Below are positions 20,314 to 32,402 of a stretch of 64,000 nt of DNA, piece by piece. Made by a program: the position numbers and the translations under genes. The notes under the pieces were generated by a model that worked only from the letters and a program-made list of their open reading frames with translations, was not told the DNA's origin and did no database searches. Source of the DNA: an uncultured Candidatus Entotheonella sp. (GTDB lineage: Bacteria; Tectomicrobia; Entotheonellia; Entotheonellales; Entotheonellaceae); assembly GCA_965215335.1 (NCBI GenBank), contig CBDCDA010000001.1, forward strand, positions 736,001 to 800,000, written 5' to 3'. The first letter of the stretch is position 1; every line of letters starts with the position of its first letter.

Positions 20314-21552
20314 ATGGGCCGCAAGGCACGCAACATTGTAGTTGGTCTGGATATGGGGACCACCAAAATTTCGGCCCTCATCGGAGAAATTCAAGACGGT
20401 GGAATGATCGACGTGGTCGGCATCGGCTCCCATCCTTACAGCGGGATCCAGAAGGGTGTCGTGGCCAATATGGACAGGACCGCAGAGGCCATCGGCAAAG
20501 CCGTCGAAGAAGCCCAGATCATGGCTGATGTCGAGGTTGATTCCGCCTACGTGAGTCTTGCCGGCCCGTACCTCCACGGCATCAACAGCGCCGGCATCAT
20601 CGCCGTGAAGAACCAGGAAATTACCGGGCACGAGATCAAGCGGGTCATCGAGGCGGCGCGGGTCGTGGCACTGCCGGAGGATCGCGAGATCATTCACGTC
20701 TTGCCGCAAGAGTTCGTCGTGGACGACCAAGGCGGCATCCTGGAACCGCCCCTCGGAATGTCCGCCACCCGCCTGGAGGTGAAAGTCCATATTGTCACCG
20801 TCACCGTGGCTGCGGCCAACAACGTCATCAGATGCGTCAACAAGGCGGGCTTCGAAGTCGAGGACATTGTGCTGGAGCAGCTAGCCGTCAGTGAGGCGAC
20901 CTTGAATGCCGATGAACGCGGCGCGGAGGTACTGCTCATCGACATCGGCGGTGGTAGCACCAACATCGCGCTACTTTCAGACGGCAGCCTGAGATTCACA
21001 GCGGTTCTGGGTGTCGGCGGCACGCACATTACCAAAGACCTGGCCGTCGGCTTGAACACCTCCGTGTCGGATGCCGAACAGATCAAGAAAGCCCACGGCT
21101 GCGCACACATCCCGCTCGTCAATGACCGCGACATGGTGGAGGTCAGTTTCGGCAGCAATTACGAGACTGAGCGCATACAGCGGCTCGACATCTGCGAGAT
21201 CATCGAACCGCGGGCCGAGGAGATTTTGCAGATGGTCCTGAGTGAGGTCAACGACAGCGGCTACGCTACCGACATGATCTCGTGCGTCGTTCTGACGGGC
21301 GGGACGGCGTCGCTGGAGGGTATCGTGGAATTGGCCGAGGAGGTGTTTCAGGTACCTGTTCGGCGTGGCATTCCCATCGGCATCGAAGGGCTGTCGGAAA
21401 TTGTCAAGAACCCCGTGCATACCACTGGCGCAGGCTTGTTGTTATTTGCGGTCAAACAGCAGCAGGGTCGTTTACGTCAGTTCGCGGAGCAGGGTTTGTT
21501 CAGCAGGTTCTACCATCGCATGCGCAATTGGTTCATTGACTTCGTTTCATAA
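20314..21552 (+). CDS. ftsA: Cell division protein FtsA
   Basis: GLDMGTTK, IDIGGG, IIEPRAEEI motifs; amphipathic C-terminal helix. Confidence 0.97.
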   Translation: MGRKARNIVVGLDMGTTKISALIGEIQDGGMIDVVGIGSHPYSGIQKGVVANMDRTAEAIGKAVEEAQIMADVEVDSAYVSLAGPYLHGINSAGIIAVKNQEITGHEIKRVIEAARVVALPEDREIIHVLPQEFVVDDQGGILEPPLGMSATRLEVKVHIVTVTVAAANNVIRCVNKAGFEVEDIVLEQLAVSEATLNADERGAEVLLIDIGGGSTNIALLSDGSLRFTAVLGVGGTHITKDLAVGLNTSVSDAEQIKKAHGCAHIPLVNDRDMVEVSFGSNYETERIQRLDICEIIEPRAEEILQMVLSEVNDSGYATDMISCVVLTGGTASLEGIVELAEEVFQVPVRRGIPIGIEGLSEIVKNPVHTTGAGLLLFAVKQQQGRLRQFAEQGLFSRFYHRMRNWFIDFVS

Positions 21553-21570
21553 ACCAGAGGGGGCTGAGAG

Positions 21571-22758
21571 ATGGAAAATCGTCTGTCGTTGGCCGATGTG
21601 TCCGGGGAAGATAATAACCGTATTCACCTTGCCGGCCGTGCAGACAACGGCGTAACGACGATTAAGGTCGTCGGCGTGGGCGGTGCAGGCGGCAACGCCG
21701 TGGACAACATGATCGAGGAACGCGGTGCGGGCGTTGAATTCATTACCGCGAATACCGATCTGCAGGCGCTCGAAGGCACCTTGGCGCCGACCAAGCTGCA
21801 GATCGGGTCGGAACTGACCAAGGGCCTGGGTGCTGGTGCAAATCCCGAAATCGGGCGCCGTTCCGCAGAGGAAAGCCATCAGGAAATCAGCGGCCATCTG
21901 GCCGGTACCGACATGGTATTTATTACCGCCGGCATGGGTGGCGGCACCGGCACGGGCGCAGCGCCGATTATCGCCAATATTGCCAAAGAACTGGGTTGCT
22001 TGACGGTTGCCGTCATCACCAAACCGTTCGACTTCGAGGGCAAAACGCGCAAAACGCAGGCCGAGGAGGGCGTGCGCGCACTGCGCAACACGGCGGACAC
22101 GCTGATCACCATCCCCAACCAGCGGTTGTTGCAGGTCGTGGGCCGCGGCACCTCGCTGCGCGACGCTTTCAAGGTAGCGGACAACGTGCTGCGGCAGGCG
22201 GTAGAAGGCATTGCAAACCTGATCGTTGCGCCCGGCCTGATCAACCTTGATTTCGCCGACGTCCAGACCATCATGAGCGGTATGGGTTTGGCCGTTATGG
22301 GAACCGGTGTCGGACATGGCGACAAGCGTGCCATTGAGGCGGCGCACCTGGCTGTCTCCAGCCCGCTGCTCGAGGATTCCTCGATTGACGGCGCGCGCGG
22401 CATTTTGTTGAACGTCACCGGTGGCCTTGATATTGCCCTTCATGAAGTTCACGACGCGGCGTCGATTATCCGCGAGGCGGTTCACGAAGATGCGCACATC
22501 ATTTTCGGTGCCGTGACCGACGAGAAACTCGAAGACGAATTGCGCGTGACGGTTATCGCCACCGGCTTTCATCATCGGGACGCGGATGCGCGAGCGCTAC
22601 GCCCGACGGGGCGCACCAATCAGGACATGCACGGTCTTGACGGGATGCAGGAACGTCGCCAGCGGTCGCAAGGCCCCAAAGAGGTCGCGCCGCCTGCCGC
22701 TGAACCCGGCGCACGACGCTTGGACATTCCCGCCTTTGTGCGCCGCAGGGTCCGTTGA
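21571..22758 (+). CDS. ftsZ: Cell division protein FtsZ
   Basis: GGGTGTG signature, NLDFADV, C-terminal LDIPAFVR. Confidence 0.98.
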   Translation: MENRLSLADVSGEDNNRIHLAGRADNGVTTIKVVGVGGAGGNAVDNMIEERGAGVEFITANTDLQALEGTLAPTKLQIGSELTKGLGAGANPEIGRRSAEESHQEISGHLAGTDMVFITAGMGGGTGTGAAPIIANIAKELGCLTVAVITKPFDFEGKTRKTQAEEGVRALRNTADTLITIPNQRLLQVVGRGTSLRDAFKVADNVLRQAVEGIANLIVAPGLINLDFADVQTIMSGMGLAVMGTGVGHGDKRAIEAAHLAVSSPLLEDSSIDGARGILLNVTGGLDIALHEVHDAASIIREAVHEDAHIIFGAVTDEKLEDELRVTVIATGFHHRDADARALRPTGRTNQDMHGLDGMQERRQRSQGPKEVAPPAAEPGARRLDIPAFVRRRVR

Positions 22759-23651
22759 CAGATCCGGCCGTACAGCGGGAGAGAGACACCATGCAGGCCG
22801 TTGCGGAGGGGCGCCTGCTGTGGCGTTGTACGCCTGAAGTCGCGTACTTGACGCCGACTGCCCTGCAGGGTCATGCCTGGCTGCGATGCGCCTTTACCAT
22901 GCGCCGCACCGGCTCTGCGGCAGGCGGCTTCAATCTCAGCTACGACCGGGGCCCGCCTCACGTTGTCAGCAGGCACCGTGAGGCGTTGTTGAAAGCGCTG
23001 GAGCTGGAAGGGTCAGCGCTCCACACGGTGCGCCAGGTACACGGAAACAGGGTGCGCGTCGTTGATGCTGTGGTGTTGCCAAACAGCCTCGCCGGTGTCG
23101 AGGCCGATGCGCTGGTGACGACGTTGCCCAACACGGCCCTCGGTGTTCTCACCGCCGACTGCCTCCCCATCGTCCTCTACGCCCTGCATACCCCGCTTGT
23201 TGCGGTCGTGCATGCCGGGCGCATGGGAACCTTCCATCTCGTTGTTCGCGCTGCACTCGGCGTCATCAAACGGCAATTTGGCATCAATCCGGCCCGATTG
23301 CACGCCTTGCTCGGACCAGCCATAGGCGCGTGCTGCCATGACCTGGACGACCATGGCGTACGCCCCTTCCAGGAACGGTTCCCCGATTGGCAACGATTCA
23401 TCAAGCCCAACGAACGGCACAGGGATACGGCCCGACCCTGGACGATGAGCCTCACGGCTGCCAATGAGGGCCAACTCCTGGCCGCAGGGATACCACCGAT
23501 TCAGCTTGAGATCGTATCGCCGTGTACGCAGTGCCACCACGAACGTTTCTATTCCCACCGCGCTCAAGGTCCAAAGGCCGGACGCGGCATGGCTGTCATC
23601 GGCATACGGCATCGTGGCAAACCGCCTTGTCTCGACGACTCGGGAAAGTGA
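22755..23651 (+). CDS. pgeF: Peptidoglycan editing factor / purine nucleoside phosphorylase (YfiH)
   Basis: QVHG, TADCLP, HAG and FYSHR motifs; start may be ATG 22791. Confidence 0.9.
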   Translation: MTDPAVQRERDTMQAVAEGRLLWRCTPEVAYLTPTALQGHAWLRCAFTMRRTGSAAGGFNLSYDRGPPHVVSRHREALLKALELEGSALHTVRQVHGNRVRVVDAVVLPNSLAGVEADALVTTLPNTALGVLTADCLPIVLYALHTPLVAVVHAGRMGTFHLVVRAALGVIKRQFGINPARLHALLGPAIGACCHDLDDHGVRPFQERFPDWQRFIKPNERHRDTARPWTMSLTAANEGQLLAAGIPPIQLEIVSPCTQCHHERFYSHRAQGPKAGRGMAVIGIRHRGKPPCLDDSGK

Positions 23652-23752
23652 TTGCACTTTACCGGATGTCTTGCTATATAGGGTGTCTTACTCCACACCC
23701 TGTTATCGCCCTCGTCACACTGAGACCATTCATCCTCGCACACGTCAGGGGC

Positions 23753-24490
23753 ATGATGGCGCAGGCCAACGCATCCGATACCGATAAAGTCCTGTCCATC
23801 GCCGACAACGTCGGGCGCGTGCGCGCACGTATGTGCCAGGCGGCCGAGCGCGCTGGCCGCGATCCGACGGCCGTGCGGCTTGTCGCCGCCAGCAAGACAG
23901 TGGACGTCGCCCGCATTCGCGCTGCCATCGCCGCAGGGGTGACCATACTGGGGGAAAATTATCTCCAGGAAACGCGGCAGAAGCTGGGTCAGTTGGGTCG
24001 GTCCGGCGTCGAGTGGCACTTGATCGGCCCTTTACAACGCAACAAAGTGCGGTACGTCTTCGACCTGTTCGACATGATGCACTCGCTTGACCGCCTGGAG
24101 CTGGCCGAGGAGATCAACCGTCGCGCCGAGCGCCTTGGGCGGCGACTGCCGGTGTTGCTGGAAGTAAACGTTGGCGGCGAGGCGAGCAAAAGTGGCTGGA
24201 CCCCGGCGGGCCTTCTGAACGACATCAAACAACTCGCCGCCTTGCCGCACATTCAGGTGCGCGGCTTGATGACCATCCCGCCACCCGTACCGCAGCCGCA
24301 CGAGGCCAGGTCCTTTTTCCGCCAATTGCGCCAATTGCGCGCCCGCCTGGTCCAGGCGGGCCACGACGGCATGACGTTCGACGAACTGTCCATGGGCATG
24401 ACGGCAGACTATGAAGTGGCCATTGAAGAGGGCGCGACCCTCGTCCGAGTCGGGACGGCCATATTCGGCCCGCGCCCGGAGCGTCGCTGA
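23753..24490 (+). CDS. yggS: PLP homeostasis protein
   Basis: AASKT, GENYLQE, IGPLQRNK, LSMGM and VRVGTAIFG motifs. Confidence 0.95.
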   Translation: MMAQANASDTDKVLSIADNVGRVRARMCQAAERAGRDPTAVRLVAASKTVDVARIRAAIAAGVTILGENYLQETRQKLGQLGRSGVEWHLIGPLQRNKVRYVFDLFDMMHSLDRLELAEEINRRAERLGRRLPVLLEVNVGGEASKSGWTPAGLLNDIKQLAALPHIQVRGLMTIPPPVPQPHEARSFFRQLRQLRARLVQAGHDGMTFDELSMGMTADYEVAIEEGATLVRVGTAIFGPRPERR

Positions 24491-24507
24491 CGAACCGGGG
24501 AGAAAGC

Positions 24508-25329
24508 ATGATCGAAAATCTGCGCTTCGCCTTTCTCGGTGGCGGTAATATGGCGGAGGCCCTCATCAAGGGCTTGCTCACTGGCCTGGTCGTGAATCCT
24601 CGCCACATCGTCGCCACTGATGTCGTCCGCGAACGCTGCGACTATCTGCACGAGACATACGGCATTTGCACCTCCGACGATAATCCGCAGGCGGTGCGCG
24701 ACAGCCAGGTCATTTTCCTGGCCGTGAAACCGCAAACCGTGCCGGCGTTGCTGGAAGCCATCGCGCCGGATGTCAATCGGGACAGGCTGATCGTCTCCAT
24801 CGCCGCAGGCATCCCCCTGTCCACCCTGCAACGCGCCCTGGCTGACGACAGCCGCATCGTGCGGGTCATGCCGAACACGCCGGCCCTGGTTTTGGCAGGC
24901 GCCGCAGGCATTTCACCCAGCGCCGCGGCCACCCCAGCGGACATCGCCCTGGTGGAGCGCATATTCAACGTCGTTGGCCGCGCCACGGTGGTAAGCGATG
25001 GCATGATGGACACCGTCACCGGCTTGAGCGGCAGCGGACCGGCGTTCGTTTTCGCCTTTATCGAGGGCCTTTCCGACGGCGGTGTCCTGATGGGACTGGA
25101 CCGCCCGACCGCCACCATGCTGGCCGCGCAAACCGTCCTGGGCGCCGCCAAAATGGTTCTCGAGACCGGCAGGCATCCGGGCGATCTCAAGGACATGGTG
25201 ACCTCGCCCGCCGGTACCACCATCGCCGGCATGCAAGCGCTGGAAGACGGCGCCTTGCGAGGGCTGATGATGGCAGCCGTGTGCCGCGCCACCGAACGTT
25301 CGCAAGAGCTTGGTCGGGGTCTCAAATAG
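24508..25329 (+). CDS. proC: Pyrroline-5-carboxylate reductase
   Basis: GGGNMA, LAVKP, RVMPNTP, SGSGPA and SPAGTT motifs. Confidence 0.97.
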   Translation: MIENLRFAFLGGGNMAEALIKGLLTGLVVNPRHIVATDVVRERCDYLHETYGICTSDDNPQAVRDSQVIFLAVKPQTVPALLEAIAPDVNRDRLIVSIAAGIPLSTLQRALADDSRIVRVMPNTPALVLAGAAGISPSAAATPADIALVERIFNVVGRATVVSDGMMDTVTGLSGSGPAFVFAFIEGLSDGGVLMGLDRPTATMLAAQTVLGAAKMVLETGRHPGDLKDMVTSPAGTTIAGMQALEDGALRGLMMAAVCRATERSQELGRGLK

Positions 25330-25341
25330 GGGCTCGGCGGC

Positions 25342-25448
25342 ATGGCAGCGGTTCCGTACTCGCCCCTGCTCACTACTCCCCCCAAAGGTGTCTTGTTGCG
25401 TGTGTGCGTGCAGCCCGGCGCCAGAATGGAACGCGTAGAGGGCTACCT
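25342..25448 (+). pseudogene. yggU: DUF167 (YggU) N-terminal fragment
   Basis: [13 protein letters not shown] resembles the YggU N-terminus; similarity stops where mtnA begins. Confidence 0.65.
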
Positions 25449-26537
<1,089 letters not shown>

Positions 26538-26573
26538 ATCGCAAGAAATCCACTGATGAAGGAGAGCCTCGGC

Positions 26574-26945
26574 ATGGCGTCAGGCAGGTATGACTTTGAT
26601 TGGCTGTTGGACCATGCGAAGGTGATTGCCTTCGACCCCGGACGGCTGAGCCTGTACGTATTCAGCCAGGACATGGCGATTGAAGATGTGCGGGAACGCG
26701 TTCTGGCCCCCATGAACGAGGCGGGGCTGTTTTCGTTGTCCGCCGCCAAATTCATCGAAGCCGACCGGCTCGAGCAATACCGCGGACAACTGGTGCGGGT
26801 AGCACTGATGGTGTTCGACGTTGCCGGGCAGCAGTGCGGCATTGTGATGACGTATCACGACAGGTATCAGCCGGATTTGGGACAATACGAGGCATGGTCC
26901 CGATTCTGGCACGAACGCTGCCTGCAGGCGGCGCGGGCGTCATGA
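26574..26945 (+). CDS. Hypothetical protein
   Basis: AAGGAG RBS upstream, codon usage like neighbours; no recognised motif. Confidence 0.65.
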   Translation: MASGRYDFDWLLDHAKVIAFDPGRLSLYVFSQDMAIEDVRERVLAPMNEAGLFSLSAAKFIEADRLEQYRGQLVRVALMVFDVAGQQCGIVMTYHDRYQPDLGQYEAWSRFWHERCLQAARAS

Positions 26946-27114
26946 AAAGACCCTCCGAAACCCGCTGGGCAAATGCCCTGTACTCGTTAATGGAGATATG
27001 CTATATCGACGTGAGCAGCGTCTCAGGGACGAATCACGTTATTCAGTTATACTCTCGGCACCCGGTCATCCCGACGACCCGTTTGCGAACAACCCATCCG
27101 GTAAGGAGAAGACG

Positions 27115-28254
27115 ATGGTTTCTCAGCGTGACAAGAAACTGGTGGTGATACAGCTTAGCGGCGGCAATGACTGCCTCGACACCGTGGTACCCTACAGCAA
27201 CGGCCTGTATTACGATTTCCGACCCACCGTTCACATCGCCCCCGACGCCGTCCTGCCCATCAACGATCACTTCGGATTCCACCCCAGCATGGGCGCCATC
27301 AAGAATTTGTGGGACGAAGGCAAAGTCGCCATCATCAACGGCACCGGCTATCCCAACCCCAATCGTTCCCATTTCCGCTCCCTGGACATCTGGCACACCG
27401 CCGAGCCTGCCAAGATCGGCACCGAAGGCTGGCTGGGCCGCGTCATTCGCGAGATCGATCCCAAGGGTGAGAACGTGCTGACGGGCATCAACTTCGGCCG
27501 CGGCCTGCCACGTGCATTGGGCCTGCGGGGCGTTCCGGTGGCGTCGGTGGGCAACCTCGAAACCTACGGCCTGTTCCCTGACTTGCAGGACGAGGCGCTC
27601 AAGCAATCCGCCCTGGCGACCTTCACCAAGATGTACGGTGGTGCGGCCGGCCGGGACGTTGTCTTCGATTATCTCGGTCAGACCGGCGCCGACGTGCTCA
27701 AGGGCGCCGATATTCTTCGCCAGGCGCCGGCCCAGTATGCCTCCACGGTCACCTACCCCGACAACCCCGTGGCGCATAACCTCAAGAGCATCGCCCAGGT
27801 GCTCCTTGCCGACATCGGCACCCGCATTTATTACACCACCCATGCCAGCTTCGACACGCATTCCGGCGAGCTACCGACGCACGCCCAGTTGTGGGAGCAC
27901 GTCGACAGCGCGGTGGGAAGCTTCATGGACGACCTGAAGCTGCACAATCGCCTTGACGACACCGTGGTGTACATTTTCTCCGAATTCGGTCGGCGCGTGA
28001 AGGACAACGGTTCCGGCAGCGACCACGGCTCCGGCGGCGTGGCGTTCGTCATCGGCGATTCGGTGCAAGGCGGCATGTACGGCGAGTATCCCTCCCTGGA
28101 AGAAAAAGACCAACTCGAAGGCGACCTGCATTTCAATAATGATTTTCGCTGCACCTACGCGACCCTGCTGGAGCAGTGGATGGGACTGGAATCGGCGCCG
28201 ATCGTCAATGGACATTTCGAGCAGTTCGATTTCCTCAAACCGGCGGCTGCGTAA
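27115..28254 (+). CDS. DUF1501 family protein without Tat signal
   Basis: QLSGGND, NRSHFRS, FDTH, SEFGRR and SDHG motifs; AAGGAG RBS. Confidence 0.9.
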   Translation: MVSQRDKKLVVIQLSGGNDCLDTVVPYSNGLYYDFRPTVHIAPDAVLPINDHFGFHPSMGAIKNLWDEGKVAIINGTGYPNPNRSHFRSLDIWHTAEPAKIGTEGWLGRVIREIDPKGENVLTGINFGRGLPRALGLRGVPVASVGNLETYGLFPDLQDEALKQSALATFTKMYGGAAGRDVVFDYLGQTGADVLKGADILRQAPAQYASTVTYPDNPVAHNLKSIAQVLLADIGTRIYYTTHASFDTHSGELPTHAQLWEHVDSAVGSFMDDLKLHNRLDDTVVYIFSEFGRRVKDNGSGSDHGSGGVAFVIGDSVQGGMYGEYPSLEEKDQLEGDLHFNNDFRCTYATLLEQWMGLESAPIVNGHFEQFDFLKPAAA

Positions 28255-28312
28255 AGGATCTCTCCAAAACGGCCAATCCGCCGATGCACGAACAGGACAA
28301 GGAGACAGGAAC

Positions 28313-29731
28313 ATGAGTAATCAGGACTTTGCGCTTTTGGCCCACCTGATGCGTCGCGCCGGCTTTGGAGCCACGCGGGACGAGATCGAGGCTTGTGCCG
28401 CGCAGGGCTACACGGCGACGGTTGACGAACTGCTCAACCCCGGCGATCCGGAGGTAATGCCCGATGACGTTATCCGGCGTTACCACGTGGATCAATCCGA
28501 ACTGCGGCAGTTGGACGGCGCGGGGGCCAACTGGCTATACCGCATGATCACGACCAGGTGCCCGCTGGAAGAAAAGATCGCCCTGTTCTGGCACGGGCTG
28601 TTCGCCACCGGCTACAGCAAGCTGAACCAGGCAAGAGCCCTGCTGAATCAGGTCGACATGTTCCGGCGCCACGGCCTGGGTCACTTCGACAATCTGCTGG
28701 TGGAGTTGTCCAAAGACCCGGCGATGCTGCTGTGGCTGGACAACACCGATAACCACAAGGGCGCCATTAACGAGAACTACGGGCGCGAGCTGCTCGAACT
28801 GTTCTCCATGGGCATCGGCAACTACACGGAGGATGACATCAAGGAGTGCTCCCGCGCCTTTACCGGCTGGACGCTGGGCAATGCCGAGTACATGGCGGTA
28901 CGCGCCAGCAAGGATTCGATCTGGCCCTACAGCCGTATCGCCTGGCACTTCCAGTACCGCGACTGGGACCACGACGAGGGTGAGAAGACGTTCCTGGGCG
29001 AGACGGGCAATTTCAACGGCGAGGACATCATCGGCATCATCGCGCGTCAGCAGGCGACAGCGCGTTTCGTCAGCACCCGGCTGTTCCAGTTCTTCGCCGC
29101 CGATGAAGTAGACAGCGATGGTGAGCAGGTGATCGAGGCGATGATGCAGTCGTACTTCGATTCCGGCTACGAAATTCGTGCGGTGCTGCGGACGCTGTTC
29201 CTGTCGGACTATTTCATGTCCGAAAAGGCGCGCTATGCGCGAGTAAAGGGACCTGTGGAGCTTCTGGTGGGCGCCATCCGGCAGGCCGGCAGTTACCGCA
29301 CCCCGACCCTGGGCGTGCACCAACTGGCCTATCAGGGCTTTTTCATGGGGCAGGGCCTGTTGCAGCCGCCGTCCGTTGAGGGCTGGCACGAAGGCATGGA
29401 GTGGATCGACAGCGGCTCGCTGGTCGAGCGGGTCAACTTCGTGGCGCAGGAGCTGAGCAATCTGGACAAGCCGGGCGTACGGGCCATCATCGACCGGCTG
29501 GCCGCTGAAAACGACGGCGAGTTGACCCCGGAGCAACTCGTCGATCAGTGTCTGGACCTGCTGGGGCCGGTAGCGGTTGAGGACGACACGCGCACGGCGT
29601 TGGTGGACTTCGCCGCGGCGGGTGGCGGCGCGCTGAACCTCAGCGCGCATCAGCCGGGCGATGCCGCGGAGCAGCGGGTCAGCAACGTGTTGCGGGTCAT
29701 CGCCTCGACCCGGGAATATCAACTGGCGTAG
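28313..29731 (+). CDS. DUF1800 family protein
   Basis: HLMRRAGFG, LFWHG, PAMLLWLDN, NENYGRELLELF and PPSVEGW motifs. Confidence 0.9.
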   Translation: MSNQDFALLAHLMRRAGFGATRDEIEACAAQGYTATVDELLNPGDPEVMPDDVIRRYHVDQSELRQLDGAGANWLYRMITTRCPLEEKIALFWHGLFATGYSKLNQARALLNQVDMFRRHGLGHFDNLLVELSKDPAMLLWLDNTDNHKGAINENYGRELLELFSMGIGNYTEDDIKECSRAFTGWTLGNAEYMAVRASKDSIWPYSRIAWHFQYRDWDHDEGEKTFLGETGNFNGEDIIGIIARQQATARFVSTRLFQFFAADEVDSDGEQVIEAMMQSYFDSGYEIRAVLRTLFLSDYFMSEKARYARVKGPVELLVGAIRQAGSYRTPTLGVHQLAYQGFFMGQGLLQPPSVEGWHEGMEWIDSGSLVERVNFVAQELSNLDKPGVRAIIDRLAAENDGELTPEQLVDQCLDLLGPVAVEDDTRTALVDFAAAGGGALNLSAHQPGDAAEQRVSNVLRVIASTREYQLA

Positions 29732-29739
29732 TGGCATGT

Positions 29740-29776
29740 AACGGGCGGACCCTGGTTCACGGTCCGCCCGTTTTTA
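29740..29776 (+). terminator. Intrinsic terminator after DUF1800
   Basis: AACGGGCGGACC...GGTCCGCCCGTT stem followed by T-run. Confidence 0.75.
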
Positions 29777-29830
29777 TATCAAGAGGGAGGTTGAGGCGTG
29801 AGTACGCAAGGCGTGATGCAGGGCGTGACG

Positions 29831-30826
29831 ATGGCATACGTCAAGACCATCGGCATCGTCAACAACGGCGACAACGGGCGCGGTTTCGCCAATCCGCACG
29901 ATGTGGTGGTGAGCCGCGGCGGGCGCATTTTCGTGCTGAATCGCTGCGACCCGGCGCGGGCGGCGGCCATCCGTATCGGCATTTGCAATCTCGATGAGGA
30001 ATACCTGGGCGAGTTCGGCAACGGGTTTGGCACGGGCGACGGGCAGTTTGGACTACCGGTGGCGATGGCATTGGACAGCCGGGAGCGGCTGTACGTCACG
30101 GACGAGTATCTCCACCGAGTGTCGATTTTCGACACCTCCGGGACGTTCCTGGGCAAGTGGGGCGTGATGGGCAGCGGTGACGGACAGGTGAACGGGCCGG
30201 CCGGCATTGCCATCGATGCCGACGATAACGTGTATATCGCGGACCAGAACAATCACCGCATCCAGAAGTTCACGACGGACGGCCAGTACGTGGGCCAGTG
30301 GGGCGAGAGAGGCACCGGCAGCGGGCAGTTCGACATGCCGTGGGGCCTGTGCGCTGCGGGCGGCCATGTATACGTGGCAGACTGGCGAAACGACCGCGTC
30401 CAGAAGTTCACCGGCGACGGGACGTTTGTGACGTCGTTCGGCAGTTCGGGTGACGGCGACGGCCAGTTCAGCCGGCCCTCCGGCGTGGCTGTGGACACGG
30501 ACGGCAACATCTACGTGGCGGACTGGGGCAACGAGCGGGTGCAGGTGCTGGGGCCGGACGGCGGTTTTCAGCAACGCCTGCGGGGTCAGGCGACGCTGTC
30601 GAAGTGGGCCTCGGAGTTCTTTGCGGTCAATCCCGACGAGCAGGAAACGCGGGAGATGTCCGATCTGACACCGTCTTTACCGCCGCACCTCGAAACGCCC
30701 TACCAGATCTCTTCGCAGGTCGAGCCCTACTTCTGGGGACCGGTTTCGGTCAAGATGGACGCGGACAACCGGCTATACGTCGCGGAGACCAACCGGCACC
30801 GGCTGCAGATTTATCAGCGGAACTGA
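29831..30826 (+). CDS. NHL-repeat beta-propeller protein
   Basis: Repeated GDGQF..P.G.A.D...N.YVAD..N.R.Q motifs; start may be GTG 29798. Confidence 0.9.
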   Translation: MAYVKTIGIVNNGDNGRGFANPHDVVVSRGGRIFVLNRCDPARAAAIRIGICNLDEEYLGEFGNGFGTGDGQFGLPVAMALDSRERLYVTDEYLHRVSIFDTSGTFLGKWGVMGSGDGQVNGPAGIAIDADDNVYIADQNNHRIQKFTTDGQYVGQWGERGTGSGQFDMPWGLCAAGGHVYVADWRNDRVQKFTGDGTFVTSFGSSGDGDGQFSRPSGVAVDTDGNIYVADWGNERVQVLGPDGGFQQRLRGQATLSKWASEFFAVNPDEQETREMSDLTPSLPPHLETPYQISSQVEPYFWGPVSVKMDADNRLYVAETNRHRLQIYQRN

Positions 30827-30942
30827 TCCTGCCGCAACACGTCCACTGAGTCCCCCTGGTCGCTGGCAGATCTTGGCCAAGGGGACCGGGGCGCCACTCA
30901 TTCTCGCATCACCTCCCCCTGAATCGCCAGGAGTACTGAACG

Positions 30943-31839
30943 ATGTTTGACGGCTTTACGCGGACCCGGCTGATGGTCAACGGTGTGGGCATCCATGTGG
31001 TGCATGGCGGCAGCGGGCCGCCGGCGCTGCTGTTGCACGGCTATCCGCAAACCCACGTCGAATGGCACAAAGTGGCACCGTCATTGGCCGAACACTACAC
31101 TCTCGTGGCGCCCGACCTGCGGGGTTACGGCGATAGCGACAAGCCGCCAGCCGCGGCGGGCGACCACAGCGTGTATTGCAAACGCAACATGGCGCAGGAT
31201 CAGGTCGAGGTCATGACAACGCTGGGGTTCGACGCCTTCCACCTCGTCGGACACGACCGCGGCGTACGGGTCGGTCACCGCCTGGCGCTGGACCATCCGG
31301 GGCGCGTGTACAGCCTCACCTCACTCGACGTCGTGCCGTCGCAAGCGGCCTTCGAAGCCATGGACAGTCAGATGGCGTATTCGTGGTTTCACTGGAACCT
31401 GATGCGCCAGCCGTCGCCACTACCGGAAACGCTGATCGGCAACAGCGCCAAGGTGTATCTGGATTTTCTGCTGGCGCAGTGGACCGACGTGAGCGGAGCC
31501 ATCACGCCCGAGGCCTATGCCGAATACCTGCGCTGCTTCGACAATCCCGAGACGATCCGCGCCACTTGTGGGGATTACCGGGCCATCGCACTCGATCTGG
31601 AGCACGACGCCGCCGACCGCGGCCGCAAGCTGGATTGCCCGGTTCTGGTGCTCTGGGGCGCCAACATGGCAAGGCGCCCCGGCTGGCAGACCGGCACCAG
31701 GCTCGACATGCTCGCTACTTGGCGGGAACGCGCCCACAACGTTCGCGGCAAGGGCATCGACTGCGGTCACTTCCTGCCCGAAGAACGCCCGTGCGAAACC
31801 GCGGCAGAACTGCTGGCCTTCTTCGCCGAGCACGACTGA
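30943..31839 (+). CDS. Alpha/beta hydrolase, haloacetate (fluoroacetate) dehalogenase-like
   Basis: LLHGYPQTH, DLRGYG, GHDRG (Asp nucleophile), WFHW and CGHFLPEE motifs. Confidence 0.85.
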   Translation: MFDGFTRTRLMVNGVGIHVVHGGSGPPALLLHGYPQTHVEWHKVAPSLAEHYTLVAPDLRGYGDSDKPPAAAGDHSVYCKRNMAQDQVEVMTTLGFDAFHLVGHDRGVRVGHRLALDHPGRVYSLTSLDVVPSQAAFEAMDSQMAYSWFHWNLMRQPSPLPETLIGNSAKVYLDFLLAQWTDVSGAITPEAYAEYLRCFDNPETIRATCGDYRAIALDLEHDAADRGRKLDCPVLVLWGANMARRPGWQTGTRLDMLATWRERAHNVRGKGIDCGHFLPEERPCETAAELLAFFAEHD

Positions 31840-31958
31840 TTCCACCCGATGTCACAGACTCGCCAGCGCCTGGCTCCATCAGGCCGAGTTATGAACATGA
31901 AATGTTCAGGGATGTTGTCAGCGGGGTTGCCGAGGAAATTCTGAATGCGAGAGGGCAG

Positions 31959-32333
31959 GATCTGGAAGGTGGTGGCGCTGAGTTCGGGCGGGTGCGCCGA
32001 CCGGGCGCTGGACGACCGGACATCGAGCAAGCGCTGGAGCAGTTGGTTGATCCGTTGACTCGCGGCGACCCGCAGTCGCCGTTGAGGTGGACGTGCAAGA
32101 GCAAAGCAAAGCTCACCACGGCGCTGTCGAAGGCTGGCTGGAAGGTCAGTTCGACGACGGTGGGCCGTTTACTGCATGAGCTCGGCTATCGCCTGCAATC
32201 GGTACGCAAGACATGACATGGGAGGCAACGAAGCACGGGTCAGTCTGTCGCTCCATCGCAACGCGTTCCACGGCGACTGGAACCATGAATTACACCCACG
32301 ATGAAGTTGGAAACCTGAATTCGATCAAAGTCC
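31959..32333 (+). mobile_element. Internally deleted ISAzo13 remnant
   Basis: Several patches homologous to 59777-61061 joined by deletions; degenerate right end GATCAAAGTCC followed by TTA. Confidence 0.85.
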
Positions 32334-32402
32334 TTAGTGGGCAGGAAGGATACTGGGCAAAGCGATCAAATGCAATCAACCACGTGAGCAGAAAGAGACA
32401 CC

